A DNA stretch of 64,000 nt, from NCBI RefSeq assembly GCF_902713615.1, contig NW_024055665.1, positions 62,001 to 126,000 on the forward strand, given 5' to 3'. Shown here piece after piece: positions 1-9,639 of the stretch (the first letter of the stretch is position 1; every line of letters starts with the position of its first letter). The notes beneath the pieces were generated by a model. It saw nothing but the letters and a program-made list of their open reading frames with translations. It made no database searches and was not told the origin of the DNA. This DNA is from Scyliorhinus canicula. Lineage: Eukaryota. Both the position numbers and the translations under genes were made by a program.

Positions 1-9
1 TTCAGATCG

Positions 10-300
10 GTGAGTCATAAGGGAGAGATGGAGCCAGTGGATGGGTCGGGAGGTTTCATAAACACTCCGTGTAGGCCCTAAATTCGGATTACGAAGCTCG
101 GATATGGGAGTTGAATTGGCGATCGCTGTTCGGGCTTTTCCCCGAGACAGGCCCGGGTGGCCGGGCGCATGCGGAGGGAGTGAAGGCCCGGCTTTGCTCC
201 GCCTCCCATTCACTCTGATTGGCTGGAGGACCAGCCGCCCTTGTTCGGTCCTCCAGATCCGCCCCCTCTTTCTATTGGTCCGAACCCGCCGTCAATCAGT
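10..300 (+). promoter_or_regulatory. CpG-rich 5' region of the zinc-finger gene (possible 5' exon donor plus promoter-type motifs)
   Basis: GTGAGT donor-like site at 10-15, NRF1-like GCGCATGCG at 165-173, reversed CCAAT boxes (ATTGG) at 218-222 and 274-278, GC box CCGCCCCC at about 259-266, and high CpG density. Confidence 0.5.
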
Positions 301-318
301 CCCTGGGCATTGTGACAC

Positions 319-800
319 TGATGTGGAGATGCCGGTGTTGGAAGTCTGACACCAGGTTAATGTCCAATAGGTTTGTTTCAAATCACTAGCTTTTGGAGCA
401 CTGCTCCTTCCTCAGGTGAATGAAGAGGTATGTTCCAGAAATATATACATAGGGAAAGTCAAAGATGCCAGACAATGCTTTGAATGCGAGCATTTGCAGG
501 TAATTAAGTCTTGACAGATCCAGAGAGAGGGGGAATCCAGGTTAAAGAGGTGTGAATTGTCTCAAGCTTGGACAGTTGGTAGCATTTTGCAAGCCCAGGC
601 CAGATGGTGGGGGTTGAATGTAATGTGACATGAATCCAAGGTCCCGGTTGAGGCGTACTCATGTGTGCGGGACTTGGCTATAAGTCTGCTCGGCGATTCT
701 GTGTTGTCGCGCATCCTAAAGGCTGCCTTAGAACACTTACCCGGAGATCAGAGGAATGCCCTTGACTGCTGAAGTGTTCCCCGACTGCAAGGGAACTGCC
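319..800 (-). mobile_element. Penelope-like retroelement 3' fragment (GIY-YIG C-terminus plus pseudo-LTR)
   Basis: The minus strand encodes LAVGEHFSSQGHSSDLRVSVL, nearly the same as the GIY-YIG tail at 63646-63936. It shares the GATGTGGAGATGCCGG...CACCAGGTTAA terminal sequence with the copies at 28041 and 63378. Confidence 0.85.
384..418 (-). ncRNA. Minimal hammerhead ribozyme motif with mutated core (GAAA to AAAA)
   Basis: Minus strand reads CAC-CTGAGGA-A-GGAGC-AGT-GCTCC-AAAA-GCT-A-GTG; the catalytic G12 is replaced by A. Confidence 0.7.
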
Positions 801-1199
801 TGGGAAGGAAACCCTGGCAGGTGGGCGGGGAGATTCACAAACCCCCAATAAGCTCCCGAAGCGTGGTACATTGGCTAGACCATGCAGACGCTGTGACAGC
901 GGATGAACAGGTTGCGCCACAATGATTGGGTACACTCAATTTATTTTTAAAAAGTAAAATTTCAATAAATTCAAATTACCTTCTGCCTTGGTGAGTTTCA
1001 GATCTGGGAGGCAGGAAGATCATTGGGACAGTATAAAATATTTTTGTGACTGGAACATGATTTGGACAGTAAAGATATTAATTTTGGATCATTAAGACAG
1101 TAAAAAATACTTTTGAACATTTCTCCTCAGCGGATAGGAAAATATTGAAAATGAGATAAAGGTTGTTTGGCTGACAGTCAATCTTTTTTACTTTTTTAA

Positions 1200-1390
1200 A
1201 ATAAATTTAGAATTCCCAATTCAGTTTTTCAAATTAAAGGGCAATTTAGCCTAGCCAATCCACCTAACCTGCACATCTTTGTGTTGTGGGGGTGAAATGT
1301 GCAAACTCCACACGGTCAGTGACCCGGAGCAAACCTGTGACCTCAGCGCCGTGAGACAGCAATGCTAACCACTGCACCACCGTGCTGCCC
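1200..1390 (-). mobile_element. HE1-like tRNA-derived SINE
   Basis: Minus strand begins GGGCAGCACGGTGGTGCAGTGGTTAGCATTGC (A-box head) and has the family body GTGGATTGGC...CTAAATTGCCC. Confidence 0.8.
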
Positions 1391-1496
1391 AAGTCAAACA
1401 TTTTCCTGGTAGGTCAGGAGTCCTTTTGCTTCCCAATTGGCCAAGGAAGGCAGTGCGTCACAAAGATGGATGTGTTGACTGATTAATGGCTGGAGG

Positions 1497-1662
1497 AAAT
1501 GAAAATGAAAATCACTTATTGTCACGAGTAGGCTTCAATGAAGTTACTGTGAAAAGCCCCTAGTCGCCACATTCCGGCGCCTGTTCAGGAGGCTGGTATG
1601 GGAATTGAACCGTGCTGCTGGCCTGCTTTAAAAGCCAGCGATTTAGCCCAGTGTGCTAAACC
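1497..1662 (-). mobile_element. Second tRNA-like SINE family (CATTT-type tail)
   Basis: Core TAGTCGCCACATTCCGGCGCCTGT...GAATTGAACCGTGCTGCTGGCCTG. Related copies or fragments lie near 27200-27362, 28888-28990, 44565-44730, 53570-53735, 53821-53935 and 59545-59720. Confidence 0.8.
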
Positions 1663-1787
1663 ACCACCCAGGATGGTGACAGGTCATGTGATCAAACCTC
1701 CAGGAACACATTTAATCAAAGTTGGCAAGGAGAGAATGTTGTGAATTTCTATCCTAAACTGACAGTGAGGTTTCTGTAAATTTACAG

Positions 1788-2000
1788 GATACTGGAAGTG
1801 GAGGTTTAACAGACGGGAAACGCAAACCAAACGTCACATCGCGATCTGACAGAGTCACTCGGTTCATTAGAACCAGAATTTCAGCAGCATCTGGGTGTGG
1901 AAGGTAAAAGGTTTGTCTGTTCTGTCTGTGAGGGAAGATTTCAGGTCTCAGTGTGACTGGAAAAGCCCCCAGATTCACAAACTCTGGTTCGACCAAACCT
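1788..2000 (+). pseudogene. Degenerate zinc-finger exon relic, possibly an upstream non-coding exon
   Basis: Follows the acceptor TTTACAG. ATCTGACAGAGTCACTC...CAGCATCTGGGTGTGGAAGG resembles the start of the ZNF exon (ATCTGACAGAGCCCTC...), then a decayed C-x2-C finger. Confidence 0.45.
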
Positions 2001-2349
2001 GGAGAACTGTGTTCAGTTCTGGGCAACAAACCTGAGGAAGGATAGAATGGCCTTGGAGGGAGTGAGCACAGATTTACCCGAGTGATATCTGAACCCCCCG
2101 GGGTTAAATTACAAGGCGAGATTAGACTAAAATGTCAATGTCAGCTGGCAGCACGGTGACGCAGTGAGTAGCACTGTTGCCTCCCAGCGCCGAGGTCCCA
2201 GGTATTTCTCTCAGGTTTCTATCCAATTAAAAAAAAAAAATCATTTATTGTGTCTATTTCCAAACACTGTCCTGGGCAGCAAGTTTAAGGTCATTGCCAC
2301 TGGCTGTGTAAAAACATTCTTCCTCATACCTTCTGGACCATTTACAGGC

Positions 2350-3000
2350 ACAGATATGGAGCAATGTAGAAAATAGGACCAGGAGGAGACCATTTGGCCC
2401 TTCGAGCCTGCTCCATCATTCATAGCGATCAGAGCTGATTAGGCTCAATAGCCTAATCCCGCTTTCCCCCCGTATCCTTTGATCCCCTTCACCCTCAGTG
2501 CTGTATCTAACTACTTCTTGAAAACATGCAATGTTTTGGCTTTAATTAATTCCTGTGGCGACGCATTCCACAGGCTCACCGCTCTCTGGGTGAAGAAATT
2601 TCTCCTCATCTCTGCCCTAAATGGTCTACCCCGTATCCTCAGACTGTGACCCCTATTTCTGAACACACCACTATCGGGAACATCCTTCCTGAATCTACTC
2701 TGTCTCGCCCTGTTTTTTTTAAAACATAAATTTAGAGAGCCCAATTTTTTTTTTGCAATTAAGGGGCAGTTTTAGCGTGGCCAATCTACCTACCCTGCAC
2801 ATTTTTGGATTTGTGGGGTGAGACCCATGCAAACACAGGGAGAATGTGCAAACTCCACACAGACAATGACCCGGGGCAGGGATCGAACCCGGGTCCTTGG
2901 CGACATGAGGCAGCAGTGCTAACCACTGCGCCACCCACTTTTTATAGGTTTCTATGAGATCCCCCCCCCCTTTCTTCTGAATTCTCATTCTAGTGAATAC
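2350..3000 (-). mobile_element. CR1-type LINE 3' end interrupted by a SINE (about 2713-2940)
   Basis: Minus-strand peptide GHSLRIRGRPFRAEMRRNFFTQRAVSLWNASPQ is the typical CR1 ORF2 C-terminus. Confidence 0.75.
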
Positions 3001-3014
3001 AATCCTAACCGATT

Positions 3015-3860
3015 CAGCCTAACCTGCACATCTTTGAACTGTGGGAGGAAACTGGAGCACCCGGAGGAAACCCACACAGACACGGGAAGAAACTGCAAAC
3101 TCCACATAGTCAGGGTGGTAATTGAACCTGGGTCCCTGGTGCTGTGAGGCAGCAGTGCTACGCACTATGCCACCCACTGTCTTGCAGCCCTCAAGAGAAA
3201 AATAAATCCTCATCTCCATCTTAAATGGGTGACCCCTCACTTTGCAACAGTGACACCCTTGTTCCAGATTCTCCCACAAGAGGAAACATCCTCTCCATAT
3301 CCACCCCTCAGGATCTTATATTGTTCAATCCAAGTTTTACGCAAAACTGCTTGTACGATCAGTGAATGGAAACAGAGTTTCTTTATCCACCCCATGGAAA
3401 TCTGGCATAATCTTGTGGACCTGAATCAAATCTCCCCTCAACCTCTTTGCTGGAACCATTCTGTTAAATCTCCTCTGCACCTTCTCCAATAATTTTCACA
3501 TCCTTCCTGAAGAGTGGTAACCAGAGCTTTATAAAGATTCATTGAATTGAATTAGAACCATAGAATTTCTACAGTGCAGAAGGAGGCCATTCGGCCCATC
3601 ACGTCTGCACTGATTCTCTGAAAGGGCACCCTGCCAAGGCCCACACCCTTACCCTGTCCCTGTAACCCCATAGCCCCACCTAACCTGCACATCCCTGGAC
3701 ACTAACGGGCAATTTATCAAGGCCAATCCACCTAACTTTCCCTTCTTTGGATTGTTGAAGGAAACCTGAGCACCGGGTGGAAACCCACGCAGACAGTCAC
3801 CAAGGTCGGAATTGAACCCGAGTCCCTGGCACTGTGAGGCAGCAGTGCTAATCATTGTGC
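3015..3860 (-). mobile_element. Cluster of SINE copies (about 3015-3180 and 3545-3860) and a CR1 3' fragment (about 3185-3520)
   Basis: HE1-like cores (GGAGGAAACCCAC..., GCAGCAGTGCTA) and the CR1 tail peptide GHPFKMEMR. Confidence 0.7.
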
Positions 3861-4276
3861 CACCTGAAGCCTAGCTATCCTGTTTCGGTATCAATATTTC
3901 TAATTATGAAGCTCAAGGTCGAGTTTGCTTTGCCAATTACTCTCTCGCTATGTCTTGTAGATGTACAAAATCTCTCTTCGCCTCTTTCTCTCTCCTCCCA
4001 AACAGGCCAGTTGGGTTTTTATGACAATCCACCAGCTCTCATGGTCACTTTTTCCCAGAGCCGGCCCCACAAATGACCAGCTTCATTCAGCTCAATTTCA
4101 CAACCTGCCTTTGTGTTTTTGTGGGTTCTCTCTCACTCCCTATTTTCTGTTTTAAATCAGTTTCACAGGGTGTTCGAAGGGGAGGATTCAAAGTCTGGAA
4201 ACTCAAACCAAGCATCACATCAGGATCTGACAGAGCCCTCAATTCATCAAATCCTGAATATCTGCGGATTTTGAAC

Positions 4277-5572
4277 ATGGAAGAAAAAAGTATCGTTCAC
4301 AGTGGGGAGAAATCGTACACGTGTCGTGTGTGTGGACGAGGATTCAGTCGATCATCGGTCCTCAAAAGCCACAAATGCAGTCACACTGAGGAGAAACAGT
4401 GGAAATGTGCGGACTGTGGGAAAGGATGTACTTACCCATCCAGGCTGGAAATTCATCGGCGCAGTCACACTGGAGAGAGACCATTCACCTGCTTCAAGTG
4501 TGGGAAGGGATTCACTCAGTTATCCCACTTGCACAAACACCAGCGTATTCACATTGGGGTGAGACCATTCACCTGCTCCAAGTGTGGGAAAGGATTCACT
4601 CAGCCATCCGCCCTACGCAAACACCAGCGAATTCATGTTGGGGAGAGACCATTCACCTGCTCCAAGTGTGGGAAAGGATTCACTCAGCCATCCGCCCTAC
4701 GCAAACACCAGCGAGTTCACACTGATGAGAGACCTTTTCAATGTCCAGATTGCGGGAAGTGCTACAGATGTTCTGCGGAACTGCTGATCCATCAACGTGT
4801 TCACACTGACGAGAAACCATTCCGGTGCTCTCACTGTGGGACTGGGTTCACACGATCATTTTACCTCACTGTACATCAGCGAATTCACACTGCGGAGAGG
4901 CCGTTCATCTGCTCCCAATGTGGGAAGGGATTCACTCAGTCATCCAACCTGCTGTCACACCAGCGAATTCACACTGGGAAGAGGCCATTCACCTGCTCTC
5001 AGTGTGGGAAGGGATTCGCTCAGTCATCCACTCTGCGGAACCACCAGCGAATTCACACTGGGGAGAGGCCATTCACCTGCTCTCAGTGTGGGAAGGGATT
5101 CACTCAGTCATCGGCCCTGCGCAAACACCAGCGAATTCACATTGGGGGGAGGCCATTCACCTGTTCTTGGTGTCGGATGGGATTCCCTCAGTCATCTGAC
5201 CTGGAGAAGCACCAGCGAATTCACACTGGGGGGAGGCCATTCACCTGCTCCAAGTGTGGGAAAGGATTCACTCGGTCATCCGACCTGGAGAAACACCAGC
5301 AAGTTCACACTGGGGAGAAACCATTCACCTGCTCCTGGTGTGAGAAGGGATTCACTCAGTCATCAGCCCTGCGGAGACACCAGAGAATTCACACTGGGAA
5401 GAGGCCATTCACCTGCTCCTGGTGTGGGAAGGGATTCATTGATTCATCCGACCTGCAGAGGCACCAGCCAGTTCACACTGGAGAGAGGCCATTCACCTGC
5501 CACAAGTGTGGGACGGGATTCACTCACTTATCCACCCTGCAGAGGCACCAGCGAGTTCACACTGGAGAGTGA
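4277..5572 (+). CDS. C2H2 zinc-finger protein with 15 tandem fingers and no KRAB domain (about 431 aa from the MEEKS ATG)
   Basis: ORF 4073-5572 holds 15 C-x2-C-x12-H-x3-H units with TGERPF-type linkers. An acceptor TTTCACAG ends at 4168, so the likely start is the ATG at 4277. Stop is TGA at 5570-5572. Confidence 0.9.
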   Translation: MEEKSIVHSGEKSYTCRVCGRGFSRSSVLKSHKCSHTEEKQWKCADCGKGCTYPSRLEIHRRSHTGERPFTCFKCGKGFTQLSHLHKHQRIHIGVRPFTCSKCGKGFTQPSALRKHQRIHVGERPFTCSKCGKGFTQPSALRKHQRVHTDERPFQCPDCGKCYRCSAELLIHQRVHTDEKPFRCSHCGTGFTRSFYLTVHQRIHTAERPFICSQCGKGFTQSSNLLSHQRIHTGKRPFTCSQCGKGFAQSSTLRNHQRIHTGERPFTCSQCGKGFTQSSALRKHQRIHIGGRPFTCSWCRMGFPQSSDLEKHQRIHTGGRPFTCSKCGKGFTRSSDLEKHQQVHTGEKPFTCSWCEKGFTQSSALRRHQRIHTGKRPFTCSWCGKGFIDSSDLQRHQPVHTGERPFTCHKCGTGFTHLSTLQRHQRVHTGE

Positions 5573-5651
5573 CTGTTCACCTGCTCCAAATGTGAGAAGG
5601 GATTTACCGCTTCATCCCACCTCCTGACACACCAACGAGGCCACACAGCAG

Positions 5652-5805
5652 TTACCTTAACGGCATTCAAAAAGCATCTTGACAAACACATGGACAAGAT
5701 GGATATAGTGGGATATGGCACAAGGGTTTTGGCCAAGGTAGCTATCATGACCGGTACAAGCTTGGAGGGCCGAACGGACTGTTCCTGTGCTGTATTGTTC
5801 TTTGA
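5652..5805 (+). mobile_element. LINE 3'-end fragment inserted just after the last zinc finger
   Basis: GCATTCAAAAAGCATCTTGAC...GAGGGCCGAACGGACTGTTCCTGTGCTGTATTGTTCT is the CR1/SINE-type 3' tail. ZNF-type 3' UTR (CAGGACTGAACCATGTTCATT) resumes after it. Confidence 0.65.
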
Positions 5806-6039
5806 TCGCTGTGCAGTGTTTGATTTTTGCTGTTCTTCACATTCAGGACTGAACCATGTTCATTTGGGTCTCTTTCTGCTGATAACAAACTCCAGCCCAT
5901 TTACAGGGGCTAATATTCTGGCTAAAAGTCAAATACATCAGATTTGTGTGAAATACGCAGTGTGTTGAAACTTTTTAATATCTCTGACACAAGTTAGTTC
6001 CTTTTGAAGTACTCTCGCTCTCCCCTGTCTCTTCCATCC

Positions 6040-6555
6040 TCACCTCCAACAAGAAGTGTGAGGAGCTTGTGGAGCTTCTTTGTGACTGAGATTGAATCAA
6101 TCCGATCAGCTGCCTCTGCTGCTTCCCTCCCTTACACAAACCCACCGGACCAAACTGTCTCTAAATGTCATCCTTCCCCAAGCCCTGAACCCACATCTTT
6201 CTCTAGTTTCTCTCCCATCTCCCCTCGTTCCCTCTCATAGCCCATCTTGTCCATGAGACCCAGCTTCTGCTTCATTGACCATATTCCCACTGAGCTACTG
6301 ATCAGCCAACTACTGAGTCCACGGATATTGTCAACATTTTTCTCTTCAAGTGTCCCTCTATCCTTCAAATCTGCCATCATCACCTCCTCCTCCATAAAAC
6401 AAACCCTTGACCCTGCCATCCTTACAAATTACTGCCCCATCTTCAACCTCCCTCTCCTTTCCAAAACATATTGCCACCTCCCAAATCCTTGCCCATCTTT
6501 CCCAAAACTCCCATGTTTGAGTCCCTTCAATCAGGTCTCTGCCCTGTCACAGTGA
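6040..6555 (+). mobile_element. L2-like LINE RT fragment
   Basis: Decayed peptide FKSAIIT...KQTLDPAILTNYCPIFNLPLLSK resembles L2 RT domain 1 (LDP...NYRPISNLPFLSK). Confidence 0.65.
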
Positions 6556-6599
6556 AATACAAGAAACAAACAGAATCTCACCCGGAGAGAAAGACAGAC

Positions 6600-6880
6600 A
6601 ATCTGGGAGCTTGGATCCAACATTGATATGTTCATAAGATCAGAAGACAAGGGTAGCAGCAGTCATTATCGAGGGACAACAATACCTACTGGAGACAGAC
6701 AGACAACTAAACAGCATGAATCACAACACCAAGCTACCTACACCAATATACCCCAGACAGGAAGGAGAATTGGAGACAGACTGGAAGAACTCAGACTCCA
6801 GACACATTAACCAAAAACAGATGGAATATCTGAAGGAACAACAGGTAGAACCAAGGAAGTTCTACCTAAAATACACAAAC
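6600..6880 (+). mobile_element. Penelope-like RT N-terminal fragment
   Basis: Frameshifted IRSEDKG..AVIIEGQQYLLETDRQLN resembles the PLE motif IKPADKGGAVVI...RQL. Confidence 0.45.
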
Positions 6881-6884
6881 ACAT

Positions 6885-7700
6885 AATCTTTATTATTGTT
6901 ACAAGTAGGCTTACATTAATACTGCAATGAAGTAACAGTGAAAAGCCCCTAGTCGCCACATTCCGGCGGCTGTTTGGGTACATAGAGGGAGAATTCAGAA
7001 TGTCCAATTCACCTAATAAGTATGTCTTTCGGGACTTGTGGGAGGAAACCGGAGCACCCGGAGGAATCCCATGCAGGCATGGGGAGAACGTGCAGACTCC
7101 ACACAGACAGTGATACAAGTGGGAATTGAACTCTGAACCCTGGTGCTGTGAATCAATTGTGCTACCCCCAGGGAAATCCCACCAGTCACATCCATCGGTT
7201 CAGGCAGAAGGAGGCCATTCAGCCCATCGAGCCTGCACCGGCCATCGGATATGGTACCCTACTTCAGCCCATGCCTCACCCACCTAACCTTTGTTTGGAC
7301 ACTAAGGGGCAATTTAGCACGGCCAATCCACCTAACTTGCCCATCTTTGGACTGGGAGAAAACTGGAGCACCCGGAGGGAACCCACACAGACACGGGGAG
7401 AATGTGCAAACTCCACACAGTCACCCAAGGCCGGAATAGCTGAAACATCAGCACACTGCTCCTCGTAGATATAATTAGTGGATTACAAATGTGTGTAATC
7501 TAGAGTTAAAACTGAAAATGCCAGATTAACTCCACAGGCCTGGCAGCATTGTCGAATCCCTACAGTGCATAAGGAGGCCATTTGGCCCATTGAGCTTGCA
7601 CCAACCCGACAAAAGAGCACGCAACACAGGCGCACTTCCCCTGCCCTCTCCCCGTAACCCCATTTCACCTTTTGGACACTCGGGCAATTTATAGCGCGTT
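6885..7700 (-). mobile_element. Three SINE copies or fragments (about 6885-7165, 7200-7430, 7550-7695)
   Basis: Shared SINE cores GGAGGAAACCGGAGCACCCGGAGG and GGGCAATTTAGC. Confidence 0.75.
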
Positions 7701-8180
7701 CACGCTGGGTAGAGACCATTACCCTGCCTTGAGTGTGGAAAGAGATTCACTCACTCTGCCCACCTCACTTCACACCAACGTGTTCACTCTGACACGAGAC
7801 CTTTTAAATGTTCCACCTGTGAGAAGAGTTTCAAAGGTAAAATGGATCTGCTGATTCACCAACGCAGTCACACTGGAGAGAGGCCGTTCACCTGCTCAGT
7901 GTGTGGGAAGGGATTCGCACAGCATTCCCTCCGGCTGAAACACCAGCGCATTCAGCGCAGTGAGGGAGTGTTGATCTGTTCCCAACGTGGGAAGGGATTC
8001 ATTTGGGCATCTACCCTGCAGACACACCAGCGAGTTCACAAGTGCCTCCAGGACTCTGCTGTTATTGATGTTAATCACATCCAGGACTGAACCTAAATCA
8101 CATCCAGGACTGAACCATGTTCATTCTGTCAGATGGAGTTTGTTTGAGTTGATGTTAATAATCCCAGAAACAGATTAGAA
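7697..8180 (+). pseudogene. Zinc-finger exon relic 1
   Basis: [32 protein letters not shown] followed by broken fingers, frameshifts upstream, and a ZNF-type 3' UTR. Confidence 0.8.
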
Positions 8181-8254
8181 TAGACTGGTGCTTGATAGCC
8201 GGCACAGACACAAAGGGACAAAGGGCCTTGTTCTGTGCTTAAAACCCTATTACT

Positions 8255-8610
8255 CGAACCCATCTCACTTCACACCAACATGTTCACTCTGACACAAGAC
8301 ATTTTATGTGTTCTGACTGTGAGAAGAGCTTTAGAAGCAAAATGAATCTGCTGACTCACCAACAGTGCTCACACTGGAGAGAGACCATTCAGTGCTCCGA
8401 GAGTGGGAAGAGATTCTCTCATTCATTCACCCTGCAGATACACCAGCGATTTCACAAGTTACAGGAGTTGGATTCTGCTGTTATTGCTGCTGTGAGTCAC
8501 ATCCAGGACTGAACCATGTTCATTCTGACAGTTGGAGTTTGTTTCTGTTGATGTTAATAATCCCTGTAACTGGAGTTTAATGTTCTGTATATAGATGAAT
8601 TAAATCAGCT
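8255..8610 (+). pseudogene. Zinc-finger exon relic 2, paralogous to relic 1
   Basis: CTCACTTCACACCAACATGTTCACTCTGACAC matches about 7765-7795. Degenerate fingers CSDCEKSFRSKMNLLTHQ with a frameshift; ATTAAA near 8598. Confidence 0.75.
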
Positions 8611-9289
8611 TTGTGTCGAACACACAGTGTTGGAGACCTTGATTTCTCGAAGATAAGAGGAGACTGATTAATGTCCTTTTACCGACTGTTCCATTGTTGG
8701 GTCTTTTCTCCTTTGTTAATGGAAGACTTGTAATTATGTAGCGCCTTTCACAACTTCAGGATGTCCCAAAGTGTTTTACAGACAATGATCTTCATTTGAA
8801 ATGTAGTCACTGTTGTAATGTAGGAAATAGTCACCAAATGTGCACAGCGAGATCCCACAAACATAAATGTGATTGTGACCAGAGAATCTGTTCAGTGATG
8901 TATGTTGAGGGATGAATATTAAGCAGTAAACCAGGGAGAACTCCCCTGCTCTTTGGAATAACATCATGGGAACGTTTACACCCAACTGAGGGCAGATGGG
9001 GCCAGAGTTAAAGGTCTGATCTGGAAGACGGCACCTCTGACAGTGCAGTGCTCCCTCAGGACTGCATCAGAATATCAACCTGGATTTGATGTTCATGTTT
9101 CTGGAGGTGGATTTGAACCCACAACCTCCTGACTCAGAGATAAGACCTTCCCTTACTCTCACGGACAAGTGTCCGGGAGTCACAGATTATCCAAAAAGGG
9201 GGTCGAAATCATAGGTGATTTTAAAGCAGTTGATTAAGAAGCAACAGTTTACATTTAATGCAACAGCTAAATAGACAGAAAAGACGTAT

Positions 9290-9530
9290 GGCCCTGGATC
9301 AGGTGGGAACAGTTTACTGGACCCACATCAGGGGGGTGCTTATCTCCTTGGCTGGAGGTAACAGCCTCCTCGGAATGTTTTATTGATCCTGGATCAGAGG
9401 GGTGCTGCTGTCTGGGGCTGGCAGTGACAGTCTCCTCGGAATGGTTTACTGGTCCCATATCAGGGAGATGCTGATCTCCGGGACGGGAGGTGAGTTTCCT
9501 CGGAATAGTTTACTGGTCCTGGATTCTGCC
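9290..9530. repeat. 66-bp minisatellite (about 3.5 units, alternating A/B)
   Basis: The GTTTACTGG-like anchor recurs at 9312, 9378, 9444 and 9508 (spacing 66, 66, 64). Confidence 0.85.
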
Positions 9531-9639
9531 TTTATGACTAATCTCAGGCGGTAGAGGAATTGAACCCACGCTGTTGGACTGGCTCTGCATCACAAACCAT
9601 TTGTCCAGGCAAATGAGCGGAACCAGCCCCCAATTTCTT

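Noticed and set aside
4302-5627. Alternative-frame ORFs overlapping the ZNF (e.g. 4797-5627, 4399-4725)
   Set aside because: They are by-products of the 84-bp finger periodicity.
6548-6580. CACAGTG as an RSS
   Set aside because: No convincing nonamer at 12 or 23 nt, and it sits at a LINE fragment boundary.
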